Sequence record: NC_047820.1
DNA: 50,800 bases
Strand: one strand, 5' to 3'
Source: Escherichia phage vB_EcoS_ESCO41
Shown: in pieces, positions 7,371-16,951 of the stretch
Position numbering within the stretch: the first letter of the stretch is position 1
Layout: every line of letters starts with the position of its first letter
Translations under genes and position numbers: made by a program
Notes under the pieces: generated by a model
The model's database searches: none
What the model was told of the DNA's origin: nothing
Seen by the model: the letters and a program-made list of their open reading frames with translations, nothing else

Positions 7371-7469
7371 CTCGGCGTTGCTAATATTGGCCTTAGGGTG
7401 GAGCTTATACCTCCATAAAGCAATCGACAGATAATCGATGTAATGCAGGTTCGATTCCTGCCGCCGAGA
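7371..7469 (+). tRNA. atypical tRNA-like gene (about 99 nt): anticodon-type loop CTTATAC (UAU) plus an extra 29-nt region with a second hairpin
   Basis: Acceptor CTCGGCG/CGCCGAG, T-arm GCAGG-TTCGATT-CCTGC, hairpins TGGAG-CTTATAC-CTCCA and ATCGA-CAGATAA-TCGAT; not a canonical class I or II fold. Confidence 0.4.
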
Positions 7470-7487
7470 CTAATAACGAGGTTTGAT

Positions 7488-7673
7488 ATGTTTGAGGTCA
7501 AGCTAACTATTTTGCTAATGGGGCGCACATGCGCATCTTGTAAGCAAAACTTTGAAGCAAAGGTTGAGGCCAGTAGCGCCGAAGAGGCCGTTTCAAAGGC
7601 AAAGAAAATGAGCGGAGTCGATACAACGACTCATAAATTTTTAGTTAATTATGTAAGGGGTATTTCATGCTGA
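7488..7673 (+). CDS. hypothetical protein (62 aa)
   Basis: ATG 7488 with RBS AACGAGG; the longer ORF-track start 7443 would overlap the tRNA-like gene. Confidence 0.4.
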   Translation: MFEVKLTILLMGRTCASCKQNFEAKVEASSAEEAVSKAKKMSGVDTTTHKFLVNYVRGISC

Positions 7674-7888
7674 CGTTTATTTATGGTTTTATTTTCGCTT
7701 TCGTCCTGATCATTTCGTTATCTTGCTCATGTGTAGCCAAGCTAATTAAGCGAGGTCAGTTCGCTCAAGCTCGATACGATGAGAAGAAAAAGCAGTGGCG
7801 CGTATCCGGCAAGTTTATCTCTGTGTTCAACGAGATTAACGACATTCGATCGGGGCGGAAGCCTGGGGCCATCAAATACGTTGACTGA
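7667..7888 (+). CDS. small membrane protein (73 aa)
   Basis: N-terminal hydrophobic segment FIYGFIFAFVLIISL. Confidence 0.4.
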   Translation: MLTFIYGFIFAFVLIISLSCSCVAKLIKRGQFAQARYDEKKKQWRVSGKFISVFNEINDIRSGRKPGAIKYVD

Positions 7889-7896
7889 TTCATTTA

Positions 7897-7921
7897 AGCA
7901 TCCTTTGGGGTGCTTTTTTTA
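7897..7921 (+). terminator. rho-independent terminator
   Basis: 7-bp stem AGCATCC/GGGGTGCT with G-U pair, then T7 run. Confidence 0.6.
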
Positions 7922-7932
7922 TGCCTGCAATC

Positions 7933-7941
7933 TGGTATAAT
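7933..7941 (+). promoter_or_regulatory. extended -10 element TGGTATAAT upstream of terminase genes
   Basis: Direct reading; no clear -35. Confidence 0.3.
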
Positions 7942-7970
7942 TCATTCCTATTCAACAAGGGGAAACAACT

Positions 7971-8489
7971 ATGAAAGACGAAAATTTCACCAGCCACGCG
8001 AACGAGAAGGTTCGAATCGGTAACTTCAAAGAGCTATACAATAAAAAGTATGGCGACATTGCCAACCTGAACCATCGTCACCCAATGACGCCTGAGACTG
8101 TATTCAACCTTGCGGTTAAATATTTCTCATGGGCCGAGGACCAGGCAATTAAGGCAATCGAAACGGCGAGCTTCCATGGTGTAGTTACTGAGAACCTAGT
8201 GCATAAGCCTCGCATTTTCACTTTAAACGGATTCTGCCTGTACTGCGGAGTTACAGCAAGCTCAATTCAGAGCTGGCGCGCATCACCTGGATTCGCGGAG
8301 GTAATGGAGTTCGTTGACTCTGTAATCCATGAGCAAAAATATCAGCTTGCTGCAGCCAATATCATCAATGCTGGGTTTGTAGGCAAGGAGATTGGAATCG
8401 ACAAGCCCGCCGAGGTCAACGTAAGTAATGTAGTGAATGATACTCAGACGATTGAGGATGCTGTGAAAAGCGTTCTTGATAAGATTTGA
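7971..8489 (+). CDS. putative terminase small subunit
   Basis: 172-aa ORF immediately upstream of the large terminase; assignment by position only. Confidence 0.45.
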   Translation: MKDENFTSHANEKVRIGNFKELYNKKYGDIANLNHRHPMTPETVFNLAVKYFSWAEDQAIKAIETASFHGVVTENLVHKPRIFTLNGFCLYCGVTASSIQSWRASPGFAEVMEFVDSVIHEQKYQLAAANIINAGFVGKEIGIDKPAEVNVSNVVNDTQTIEDAVKSVLDKI

Positions 8490-8516
8490 TAAACCTTTAG
8501 CTAGTTCACGTGGAGT

Positions 8517-10136
8517 ATGTGCACAATGGCAAGTAAAGACATTTTAATATGGGAAAATCTAACCGAGAAAGAGAAGTCGGTAGTGAAGGTGATGAGCGAA
8601 AGGTCTTTTAGTGATTTTATGCGCATATGGTTCGCTTTGATACAGGCTCAGAAGTTTAGGTCTAATTGGCACTTCAACTACCTTTGCTGGAAGGTTGAGC
8701 AGATAATCAACGGTGAGATACAAAACATCATATTCAACATTACCCCAGGCTCTGGCAAGACTGAGATCTTCTCCATTCACATGCCAGTGTATTGCATGTT
8801 CAGGAGCGAGAAGATAAGGAATCTTAACCTCTCATTCTCTGATAGTCTCGTTAAGGATAACGGGATCAGGACGCGTGAGATTATCGGGTCTGATGAGTTC
8901 CAGGAGCTTTGGCCCTGCAAACTAGCAAAGGCTTCAGGTGGTGACATTACCGCTCTAAACTCAAAGGAAAAGGCATGGTTAACTCTAACTTCACGTGCGA
9001 TCGGTGGTCAGGTAACTGGTAAGCGTGGCGGTTATATGGATGATGGCTTCACCGGAATGCTGACGCTTGATGACCCTGAGAAGCCGAAAGACCTATACTC
9101 AGCAGTAAAGAGAAAGGCTGGTCACACGCTGTTAAAGAACACCGTTCGATCGCGAAGAATGAATGACAAGACACCATGCGTTGTTGTTCAGCAGCGACTA
9201 CACGTAAACGACGCGACTTGGTTCCTGATGAATGGCGGTATGGGTGGGATGCAGTTTGAGCAGGTAATCATTCCGGCCCTGGTCACTGAGGAATACAGAG
9301 ACGCACTTCCTGACTGGTTGAAAGAAGAGTTTGACCGCGACGTTTTATCTTCTGAACCTGTCGAGATTGATGGTGTTAAGCATTATTCATTCTGGCCTGC
9401 AAAAGAAAGCGCAGAGAGCTTGCTTGCATTGCGGGAGGCCGACCTTTACACCTTTGAGTCTCAGTATCAGCAAAAGCCGATCGCGCTTGGTGGCAACGCG
9501 TTCAAGTCGGAATGGTTCCAGTATTACGGCGACGGCGAAAAAGCCAACATGCCAAAACCGGATCGCTTCGAATACCTCTTTACCACTGCGGACACCGCGC
9601 AGAAGGCTGAGGAAATTCACGACTACAGCGTATTTGTTCTGTGGGGTAAGTATAAGGATCGCGTGTATTTCATCGACGGCATTCGCGGTAAGTGGGAAGC
9701 GCCGGACCTTGAAACGATGGCTCTTAACTTTTACGGCAACTGCTTTAAGTGGGCGAAGGAGAACAAGACGTCATTACGCAAGGTTTACATTGAAGACAAG
9801 GCGAGCGGTACGGGCCTGATCCAGTCAATTAACAAGAAGCTCCCGATTGACATCACGCCAGTGCAGCGAGATACCGACAAGGTTACGCGTGCAATGGACG
9901 CAGCACCAATCATGAAAGCAGGGCGAATCGTTTTTCCTGAATCTCACCCAATGCTTACTGAAATGGAAGCGGAACTGGTAGGCTTCACCTTTGATGATAG
10001 CCATCCTCACGATGATATCGTGGATAACGTGGTTGATGCTGGTAACTTCGAGATGAACTTGCTTGATGATCCGGTGGCACGAATGAAAAAACTCGCAGGA
10101 CTCAGGAAAAGCACTAAAAGTCAAAACACGCCTTAG
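8517..10136 (+). CDS. terminase large subunit (likelier start ATG 8526)
   Basis: 539 aa, P-loop-like NITPGSGKTE, directly upstream of portal; GGAG 8512-8515 fits the 8526 start. Confidence 0.75.
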   Translation: MCTMASKDILIWENLTEKEKSVVKVMSERSFSDFMRIWFALIQAQKFRSNWHFNYLCWKVEQIINGEIQNIIFNITPGSGKTEIFSIHMPVYCMFRSEKIRNLNLSFSDSLVKDNGIRTREIIGSDEFQELWPCKLAKASGGDITALNSKEKAWLTLTSRAIGGQVTGKRGGYMDDGFTGMLTLDDPEKPKDLYSAVKRKAGHTLLKNTVRSRRMNDKTPCVVVQQRLHVNDATWFLMNGGMGGMQFEQVIIPALVTEEYRDALPDWLKEEFDRDVLSSEPVEIDGVKHYSFWPAKESAESLLALREADLYTFESQYQQKPIALGGNAFKSEWFQYYGDGEKANMPKPDRFEYLFTTADTAQKAEEIHDYSVFVLWGKYKDRVYFIDGIRGKWEAPDLETMALNFYGNCFKWAKENKTSLRKVYIEDKASGTGLIQSINKKLPIDITPVQRDTDKVTRAMDAAPIMKAGRIVFPESHPMLTEMEAELVGFTFDDSHPHDDIVDNVVDAGNFEMNLLDDPVARMKKLAGLRKSTKSQNTP

Positions 10137-10186
10137 CGTGCTTTGTATAATTTAGTGTAGATAAATAAAGTTAATGAGGTGTTAAG

Positions 10187-10735
10187 GTGAGATTCAGCGA
10201 TATTTTTACATACAAAAGCGGAGAGGTTTTCTGGAATGGAAGGCCAGAAAGTGATTTTAGTAAAATGAGTGCATATCACGCGTTTAATAGGATGGTTGGC
10301 AATACTGCTGGATACCTAGATAAATCAAACGGATACTGGTATGTGTGGATTACAATTGGCGGTATTGAAAAGAAAATACCACGATCACATATTGTGTGGT
10401 GTATTCACAATAATGCAGCCATCGTTCCAAAAGGGTTTGTTATTGATCATATAAACCACGTAAGAGATGATGATAGGATAGAAAACCTTGAACTTAAAAG
10501 CTATAGAGGAAACAACAGAAACCTTTCAATATCAAAAAGGAATAAAAGCGGTTGCGTAGGTGTTACATGGTATTCTCGCGATGAAATGTGGATGGCTTGC
10601 ATAATGGGTGATGACGGAAAGAACAAAAATCTTGGCAGGTATAATGACTGGTTTGATGCGGTTTGCGCAAGGAAGAGCGCGGAGCATGAGATTGGGTATC
10701 ACACAAACCACGGCAAGGATAGCGAGAATTGCTAA
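10187..10735 (+). CDS. HNH homing endonuclease (GTG start)
   Basis: IDHINHVRDDDRIENLEL matches the HNH/AP2-type motif; paralogous to 12823 and 40179 genes. Confidence 0.75.
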   Translation: MRFSDIFTYKSGEVFWNGRPESDFSKMSAYHAFNRMVGNTAGYLDKSNGYWYVWITIGGIEKKIPRSHIVWCIHNNAAIVPKGFVIDHINHVRDDDRIENLELKSYRGNNRNLSISKRNKSGCVGVTWYSRDEMWMACIMGDDGKNKNLGRYNDWFDAVCARKSAEHEIGYHTNHGKDSENC

Positions 10736-10748
10736 ACTCATGTATAAT

Positions 10749-10778
10749 GGCTAGGCTAACAACCTAGCCATTTTTATT
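10749..10778 (+). terminator. rho-independent terminator
   Basis: GGCTAGG-ctaacaa-CCTAGCC hairpin followed by ATTTTTATTT. Confidence 0.5.
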
Positions 10779-10790
10779 TGGAGAAAACAG

Positions 10791-12053
10791 ATGAGCAAAA
10801 AAAGCGTTAAGACCGACTCTTACAACAAGGTGTTTAAGGGTGAAGGCACGGCAGGCGGGGCGCTTGCATCGCTATATGATCAAATGTATGTGACTCAGTT
10901 TTACATTGATGATCCTATGGCTAAAAAGATTGTTGACGTAATACCAGAGGAGATGGTATTCCCTGGGTTCGGGCTGGACGGCGTGAAAGACGAGAAGGCA
11001 TTCAAATCACTATGGGATGGCCTAAAGCTGAACAAGCAGATCGTAGAGGCGTTCTCATGGGAGCGGCTATATGGCGGTTCAGCTATCGTTGCCGTCGTCC
11101 GTGATAACAGACTTCTGACATCACCAATCAAGGAAGGTGCTCAGCTTGAGTCAATCCGCGTCTACGAGAAAGAGCAGATCCGCATCAAGGACCGCGAGAA
11201 GAACGCACGAAATCCTCGCTATGGTATGCCGAAGATTTACACCATTAACCCTGGCGGCAGCGTACCGGAATACGACGTCCACTACACGCGAGTCTATGTT
11301 AACGGCGGCGAGCGTGTTCCTAACTCACTTCGTGCGCAGAATAACGATTGGGGCGCATCGGTGCTGAGCAAGGGCTTGATTGATGCCATTCTGGACTACA
11401 ACTACTGTGAGGAACTGGCGACTCAGCTATTGCGCCGTAAGCAGCAAGGCGTATGGAAAGCTAAAGGTCTGGCGGATTTGTGCGACGATGACGAAGGTCG
11501 TTACGCAGCACGGCTTCGATTAGCCCAGGTTGATGACAATAGCGGCGTAGGTCGTACAATTGGTATCGACGCCACCGACGAGGAATATGATGTTCTCAAC
11601 TCCGACATCAGCGGCGTAGACACCTTCCTTGATAAGAAAATGGACCGTATCGTGAACTACTCACAGATTCATGAAATTATCCTCAAGAATAAGAACGTAG
11701 GAGGCGTATCAGCGAGCCAGAATACAGCGCTTGAGACTTTCTATAAGATGATTGATCGTAAGCGTAACGAGTATTACAGGCCGCTTCTGGAGTGGTTAAT
11801 TCCAATGATGATTAATGAGGAAGAGTGGTCTGTACGCTTCGAGCCGTTATCAATGCCAAGCGAGAAAGAGCAATCTGAGACGCTGAAGAATAACGTCGAC
11901 TCAATCTCTAAGCTGGTTGCAGATCAGGTCATTGACCGTGACGAGGCGCGTGATACACTTGAGGCGATCGCAGACTTTATCAAGATTCAAGGACCGGCAC
12001 CGGAAATTGAAGTGATTGAACCAGCAGATCAACAGGTTAACAACGAGGAATAA
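10791..12053 (+). CDS. portal protein
   Basis: 420-aa ORF directly after terminase/HNH, acidic C-terminus; assignment by order and size. Confidence 0.7.
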   Translation: MSKKSVKTDSYNKVFKGEGTAGGALASLYDQMYVTQFYIDDPMAKKIVDVIPEEMVFPGFGLDGVKDEKAFKSLWDGLKLNKQIVEAFSWERLYGGSAIVAVVRDNRLLTSPIKEGAQLESIRVYEKEQIRIKDREKNARNPRYGMPKIYTINPGGSVPEYDVHYTRVYVNGGERVPNSLRAQNNDWGASVLSKGLIDAILDYNYCEELATQLLRRKQQGVWKAKGLADLCDDDEGRYAARLRLAQVDDNSGVGRTIGIDATDEEYDVLNSDISGVDTFLDKKMDRIVNYSQIHEIILKNKNVGGVSASQNTALETFYKMIDRKRNEYYRPLLEWLIPMMINEEEWSVRFEPLSMPSEKEQSETLKNNVDSISKLVADQVIDRDEARDTLEAIADFIKIQGPAPEIEVIEPADQQVNNEE

Positions 12054-12055
12054 TC

Positions 12056-12820
12056 ATGAAGGTTAACGGCATTGTAAATCAATGGAGTTACCCCGAAGCA
12101 AGCGAGCGGCAACTTAGCCGCTCATTGTCAACCTTCGCTGGTCAAATGGCTAAGAAGGCTGGCACGCTTACTGGTGGGATGAGGTTTGACGCTTCTGACG
12201 AGGAGATCAACAACGCAGAGGATGAGCTGGCGAAGTATGCCGCTGGGCTTATCGCGACTATCGTTGCTACACTTCCGGCACTGGCCATGGCAATCTATAA
12301 GTTCAACTCAAAGCAATTTCTAAACGTAGCGAAGAAGGCTGGAGGAAAGAATAATCAAGCGGTCATACTGCTTGGCGTGCTGGGGTCGAATGCTAGTGAG
12401 TCATGGTATCGTGAGAAGTCATCGCAATGGCGCGGTTCAGCTGAAGCAAGTATCCTGAAGCTATCAAACGACATCATCTCTGACTGGTCGCAAAACCTAC
12501 GCGTAGAAAATGTGCGCAATAAAACCAGCAAGCAGATTGACGAAGTTTTAAAGCAGCGTTACAAGGTGTATACTGGCTGGACCGTAAACCGATCTCGCGG
12601 CATCGTCTCCACCTGGAATAGCGTACTTATGCGCCAGCGCCTTGAAGATGCCGGGGTAACTCACTATTTCTGGCATGGTAAATTAGATGAGCGCGAGAGA
12701 TTGCAGCACGTAAAGTGGGAAGGTAAACGTATTGAGATCTCAGATGACCATCCGTTCCCTGGAGAGCCTTACGGTTGCCGATGCTGGGCTGTTCCATCAT
12801 TCGATAGCAATGGTAATTAA
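12056..12820 (+). CDS. head morphogenesis / minor head protein
   Basis: 254-aa ORF directly after portal; positional assignment. Confidence 0.55.
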   Translation: MKVNGIVNQWSYPEASERQLSRSLSTFAGQMAKKAGTLTGGMRFDASDEEINNAEDELAKYAAGLIATIVATLPALAMAIYKFNSKQFLNVAKKAGGKNNQAVILLGVLGSNASESWYREKSSQWRGSAEASILKLSNDIISDWSQNLRVENVRNKTSKQIDEVLKQRYKVYTGWTVNRSRGIVSTWNSVLMRQRLEDAGVTHYFWHGKLDERERLQHVKWEGKRIEISDDHPFPGEPYGCRCWAVPSFDSNGN

Positions 12821-12822
12821 CT

Positions 12823-13305
12823 ATGAATTTCAATGATTATTTTTATCATGTAGGAAAAGATCTCATCTGGAAAAATCCGACATCAGCAAGGGTTAAGGCT
12901 GGCGATATTGCTGGATGGAAGGATGAGGATGGATATATTTACGTTAGGATTATGGGTAGGCTAACTCCAGCCCATAGGGTAATATGGGAGATGCACCATG
13001 GCAAAATACCTGAAGGTATGGAGATTGATCATATAAACCACATCACGGATGATAACAGGATCGAAAACTTAAGGCTCGTAACCAGGCAAGAGAACTGCAA
13101 AAACGTCTCGATGAGTAAGTCAAACAAAAGCGGATTTGTCGGGGTTAGTTGGTGTAAGAGAACGAGCAAATGGTTTGCTTCAATAAGGGTGGACAAAAAG
13201 GAGCGGTTCCTTGGTAGATACGATATAAAAGATGACGCTGTGTACGCAAGAAAGGATGCAGAGACGAAATATAATTTTCACAAAAATCACGGGAGTAAAA
13301 AATGA
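12823..13305 (+). CDS. HNH homing endonuclease
   Basis: IDHINHITDDNRIENLRL motif; inserted between head genes. Confidence 0.75.
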   Translation: MNFNDYFYHVGKDLIWKNPTSARVKAGDIAGWKDEDGYIYVRIMGRLTPAHRVIWEMHHGKIPEGMEIDHINHITDDNRIENLRLVTRQENCKNVSMSKSNKSGFVGVSWCKRTSKWFASIRVDKKERFLGRYDIKDDAVYARKDAETKYNFHKNHGSKK

Positions 13306-14429
13306 CTACTAAGCAACGATATGACAGCGTTCCGATTAAGGCGCGATTCGATTCGAATGGTTTTCTGCATGACGAACCAGTCATCGCAAGAATCGGTATT
13401 CAGGAGTACATGCGTGCCGATGGAACAATGCAGCGAGAGTTCCGACCAGCGAACGAAGTGTTCAAGGCTGAGGCTATGGAGCTGTTCCGTGGAATGCCGA
13501 TCGTAGAGGGCCACCAGGAAGTAAGCACAAGCAACGCGCGAAAGATTGTTGTTGGCTCTCTTTCTGGCGCTGGCCGTCGAGACGGGATCGGCTTGAAGTG
13601 TCCGATCGTAATCCATGATAAGGAATCAATTGAATCAGCCAAGCGTGGCGACGCGGCTGAGTTGTCAGTTGGTTACAAGACCAATGACATTCACCGAGAA
13701 GGTTGGGGCAACGTTAACACTGGTGATTATGTTTTCAAGGATGACGCTGAAGGAATGGAGTCACGCTTCCCAAGCGGAACGGTAATGACCGACGAGTGGG
13801 AGGAGTTCGACGTACTGCAAACCAATATTGTCCCTAACCACGTCGCCAAGGTTAAGCACGGACGCGCAGGTATTGCCAGATTAAACCTTGACGGCTCAGA
13901 AGAAATTAAATATGATGAGCATGTTCAATTAACCAATGAGGAAAGTGAAATGACCGTAAAAATTAAAATTGACTCAGCTGAAGTGGAAGTATCAAAAGAC
14001 GTGGCAGACCACATCGGCAAGCTGCAAGCAAAAGCCGAACAAGCTGGCGCAAAGGTTGATGGCCTTCAAGCTGAATGCGACGCCCTGAAAGCTAAAGTTG
14101 ACAGCATTCCAGACCAGATCGAAGCAGCACTGAAAGAAGCAAAAGAAAAATCTGACGCGCTGGGCGCCGTTATCTCTTTTGCATCCGGCATCGGCATTAA
14201 GTGTGATGACCTGACTGAGAAAGAAATCAAGCTGGCGGTTATCGACGAAGTTCTCGGTATCGACGCGAAAGAAAAATCTGATGCATACATCAATCAGTCT
14301 TATGAAATCGCTCGTGATTCTGATAAGATGGCAGCTCAGCGAATCAAGGTTCATGGTGATAAGTCCGACGACAAAAACGATGGTGCAGACTCTGGAATCC
14401 CTGATCCTCAAGCTCGCTTCCGTAAGTAA
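13302..14429 (+). CDS. putative capsid scaffold / prohead maturation protein
   Basis: 375 aa; C-terminal Ala/Lys/Glu-rich coiled-coil-like region; lies between portal and capsid genes. Confidence 0.45.
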   Translation: MTTKQRYDSVPIKARFDSNGFLHDEPVIARIGIQEYMRADGTMQREFRPANEVFKAEAMELFRGMPIVEGHQEVSTSNARKIVVGSLSGAGRRDGIGLKCPIVIHDKESIESAKRGDAAELSVGYKTNDIHREGWGNVNTGDYVFKDDAEGMESRFPSGTVMTDEWEEFDVLQTNIVPNHVAKVKHGRAGIARLNLDGSEEIKYDEHVQLTNEESEMTVKIKIDSAEVEVSKDVADHIGKLQAKAEQAGAKVDGLQAECDALKAKVDSIPDQIEAALKEAKEKSDALGAVISFASGIGIKCDDLTEKEIKLAVIDEVLGIDAKEKSDAYINQSYEIARDSDKMAAQRIKVHGDKSDDKNDGADSGIPDPQARFRK

Positions 14430-14483
14430 TACAATCAGCGGTCGAAAGGCCGCTAACATATAAGTTGAAAAAGGAAAAATATC

Positions 14484-14996
14484 ATGGCACTAATCAAAGC
14501 ATCTTATACGGTTAACCGTTCAAAAGCATATGCAGGCCTGCTGGCTGACACCTCTCTCTACAACGTTGATGGAGCTTGTGCGGCGGCTAAAGAAATTAAG
14601 GTTGGCGTGGTAGTCGCCCTCGATCCTACTGGAAAGGTTGTTGATGGTCACAAAGTCGTAACTGACACCATCTCTGCAGAAACACCGAACCTGGTTGGCG
14701 TCGCAATCATGTCTCACGCGTACTCACCGGAAGGTGTATATGACGAAGGTTCTGCAACAAACGTGCTTACTCATGGTCGAGCATGGGTACTCTGTGCTAA
14801 AGACCTGCCTGAAGCGAACAAAGAGTTCAATAAGCAGGTGTTCTTGACCACTTCCGGCACTGTGGCGGCAACTGGTATTGGCACCGCGTACACCACTACT
14901 GGCGAATGGTTGAAGACTGATAATGAGAACTTCGACATTATCAAAATCCAGGTTACTCAAGCTCAATTCCAGCTTCCGGCAAGTCCGGCAGCTTAA
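14484..14996 (+). CDS. putative head structural/decoration protein
   Basis: 170-aa ORF with strong RBS, followed by terminator; positional. Confidence 0.35.
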   Translation: MALIKASYTVNRSKAYAGLLADTSLYNVDGACAAAKEIKVGVVVALDPTGKVVDGHKVVTDTISAETPNLVGVAIMSHAYSPEGVYDEGSATNVLTHGRAWVLCAKDLPEANKEFNKQVFLTTSGTVAATGIGTAYTTTGEWLKTDNENFDIIKIQVTQAQFQLPASPAA

Positions 14997-15013
14997 TAGC
15001 TGAACCATAATAT

Positions 15014-15036
15014 GGAGCCGAAAGGCTCCTTTTTTA
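15014..15036 (+). terminator. rho-independent terminator
   Basis: GGAGCC-gaaa-GGCTCC followed by T7; same hairpin as at 45841. Confidence 0.7.
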
Positions 15037-15074
15037 TTGCCAGGAATAGCTCAAGCGCTTAACACAAAAAGCTG

Positions 15075-15102
15075 TTGACCGTTTAACAAAAAATGCTATT
15101 AT
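15075..15102 (+). promoter_or_regulatory. sigma70-type promoter TTGACC-N16-TATTAT for the major capsid gene
   Basis: -35 15075-15080, -10 15097-15102. Confidence 0.55.
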
Positions 15103-15149
15103 AGACCCGTGAACTTAATCACGTCTTTCTAAACCAAAAGGAACAAATT

Positions 15150-16103
15150 ATGACTATGAAATTAGATTCTTTCGAGAAGAATATGATCACTAACGGCCTT
15201 CGCCAGCTCGGCATCAGCGGAAGCAAAGTCGATCAGATGGGTATCTGGACCGTTAACCAGATGACGCAACTTCTGAAGCGTCAATATGAAGAGGCGTACC
15301 CTGAAACTTCAGCGCTTGCTCTGTTCCCTGTCACCACAGAAATCAGCCCGACCGCTAACCTGTTCGAATACATGAAGTTGGACGGCGTGACCATGGCGAA
15401 GATTATCGCTGACTATAGCGACGACCTGCCGACCGTTGACGCTACTCACACCATGGAATCAGGTCGAGTTCACCGACTGGGTAACGCGTGGTTTATCTCC
15501 ATTGATGAGATCAAAACTGGAGCAGCTCTTGGTTCAAGCCTTTCTGACCGTAAAGCAACTCTGGCTCGCGAAGGTCACGAAACACTGGTTAATCAGCTGG
15601 TTTTCAAAGGCTCGAAGCCTCACAAGATCGTTTCGGTATTTGACCATCCGAACATTCCGCGAGTAAACTCTGTGGCTGGAGCGTGGGCTGACGCTGAAAA
15701 GGCAAGTGATGAACTGACCGACCTGATCGAGCAGATGGAATCAGTCACCAATGGTAAGCACAAAGTAACCGACATCGTAATTCCGCCGTCTCAGCGTAAA
15801 CTGCTGGCTAAGCGTATGCCGGAAACGACCATGAGTTATCTTGACTGGTTCAAGTCTCAGAACGGTGGCATTACCATCTCTTCCATTTCTGAACTGGAAG
15901 ACATCGACGGAGCAGGCACCAAAGCCGTACTGGCTTACGAAAAAGATCCGATGAACATGAGTATCGAGATCCCTGAGTCGTTCAACATGCTGCCAATGCA
16001 GCCGAAAGACTTGCACTTCAAAGTGCCGTGCACGTCAAAGACCACTGGCCTGATCGTGTATCGCCCACTTACCCTCATCCTCCTGGTTGGTGTGGGCAAG
16101 TAA
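15150..16103 (+). CDS. putative major capsid protein
   Basis: 317-aa ORF with own promoter, strong RBS AAAGGAACA and flanking terminators; positional. Confidence 0.6.
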   Translation: MTMKLDSFEKNMITNGLRQLGISGSKVDQMGIWTVNQMTQLLKRQYEEAYPETSALALFPVTTEISPTANLFEYMKLDGVTMAKIIADYSDDLPTVDATHTMESGRVHRLGNAWFISIDEIKTGAALGSSLSDRKATLAREGHETLVNQLVFKGSKPHKIVSVFDHPNIPRVNSVAGAWADAEKASDELTDLIEQMESVTNGKHKVTDIVIPPSQRKLLAKRMPETTMSYLDWFKSQNGGITISSISELEDIDGAGTKAVLAYEKDPMNMSIEIPESFNMLPMQPKDLHFKVPCTSKTTGLIVYRPLTLILLVGVGK

Positions 16104-16109
16104 AACAAA

Positions 16110-16137
16110 GCCCCTGATTAATTTCAGGGGTTTTTTT
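16110..16137 (+). terminator. rho-independent terminator
   Basis: CCCCTGA-ttaatt-TCAGGGG followed by T7. Confidence 0.7.
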
Positions 16138-16139
16138 GT

Positions 16140-16168
16140 TTGACTCATAGTCAAAAATGAATTAAATT
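16140..16168 (+). promoter_or_regulatory. candidate sigma70 promoter TTGACT-N17-TAAATT
   Basis: Direct reading; weak -10. Confidence 0.3.
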
Positions 16169-16210
16169 AGAACCTCAAAAGCTAATGCAACCAAGTAAGG
16201 AATATTAAAA

Positions 16211-16486
16211 ATGACTACCAAAACCGTTAAGATTAAAAATATTGGCGCTTGCCTGCTTCGCATCAACAAGACAAACGTATCCCCTGATGAATCAATTGAA
16301 GTTGATGAGTCAGAAATCAAGTCTCCTGCATTTAAGCACCTATTTATCTCTGGCGTCGTCGAGTTCGAAGATGAACCAAAGAAAACTCGTGAGATTATTG
16401 AAGGGTTCAAGTCAACCATGAAGACTAAGAAAAAGAAAGAGCCTAAGAGCATCGAAGAGCTGGAAACTGGCGCAGACATCAAATAA
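16211..16486 (+). CDS. hypothetical Lys-rich protein (91 aa)
   Basis: ORF between two terminators with RBS. Confidence 0.45.
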   Translation: MTTKTVKIKNIGACLLRINKTNVSPDESIEVDESEIKSPAFKHLFISGVVEFEDEPKKTREIIEGFKSTMKTKKKKEPKSIEELETGADIK

Positions 16487-16493
16487 ACCATAT

Positions 16494-16519
16494 GGGGCGC
16501 TAATGCGTCCCTTTTTTTT
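16494..16519 (+). terminator. rho-independent terminator
   Basis: GGGGCGC-taat-GCGTCCC followed by T8. Confidence 0.65.
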
Positions 16520-16537
16520 ATCAAGAGGAAATCAACC

Positions 16538-16951
16538 ATGAATGAAGATCAAATTAAGACGTTGGGGTTTATGCGACAGCTAGCTCCGGCACTCAAAAAA
16601 GTGGAAGATGAAGTTTTTACTGCATGGATAGCTCTGTCTGAGTCATTCGTATGCAAGAGCAAATTCGGCAATGATTACTACAAGGCTCTAGCCCTGTACA
16701 CAATGCACTTGATGTTTTTGGATGGTGCGATGAAGGGGGAAAATGAAAGCCTGGAAAACTACTCACGGCGAGTAACGTCATTCTCCCTGAGCGGTGAATT
16801 TTCCACTGGCTACGGCTCTGTAACGCAGAATACTGACGGTCGTCAGATTACTCAAACACCATGGGGTAAAATGTTCGACGTTCTCAACAAGAAGAAAGGC
16901 GGTGGCTTCGGCCTCATCTCTGGCATTCGGGCGCGGGGTTGTGTGCGATGA
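16538..16951 (+). CDS. putative head-tail connector/adaptor protein
   Basis: Position between capsid and tail genes. Confidence 0.35.
   Translation: MNEDQIKTLGFMRQLAPALKKVEDEVFTAWIALSESFVCKSKFGNDYYKALALYTMHLMFLDGAMKGENESLENYSRRVTSFSLSGEFSTGYGSVTQNTDGRQITQTPWGKMFDVLNKKKGGGFGLISGIRARGCVR

Noticed and set aside
7443-7487. Upstream start of the ORF at 7443..7673
   Set aside because: It would overlap the T-arm and acceptor stem of the tRNA-like gene; ATG 7488 has an RBS.
9331-9819. Alternative-frame and antisense ORFs inside large genes (for example 9331..9819, 816..1067, 13992..14459, 16852..17322, 19462..19911, 20969..21418, 26349..28075, 41791..42303, 46969..47607)
   Set aside because: They are embedded in longer ORFs with clear motifs or operon context, lack RBSs and have biased low-complexity composition.
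10720-10748. Degenerate palindrome TAGCGAGAATTGCTA before the portal gene counted as a standard cassette
   Set aside because: The TATAAT is only 8 bp downstream instead of 21-23 bp, and a terminator hairpin follows; treated as a non-canonical copy.
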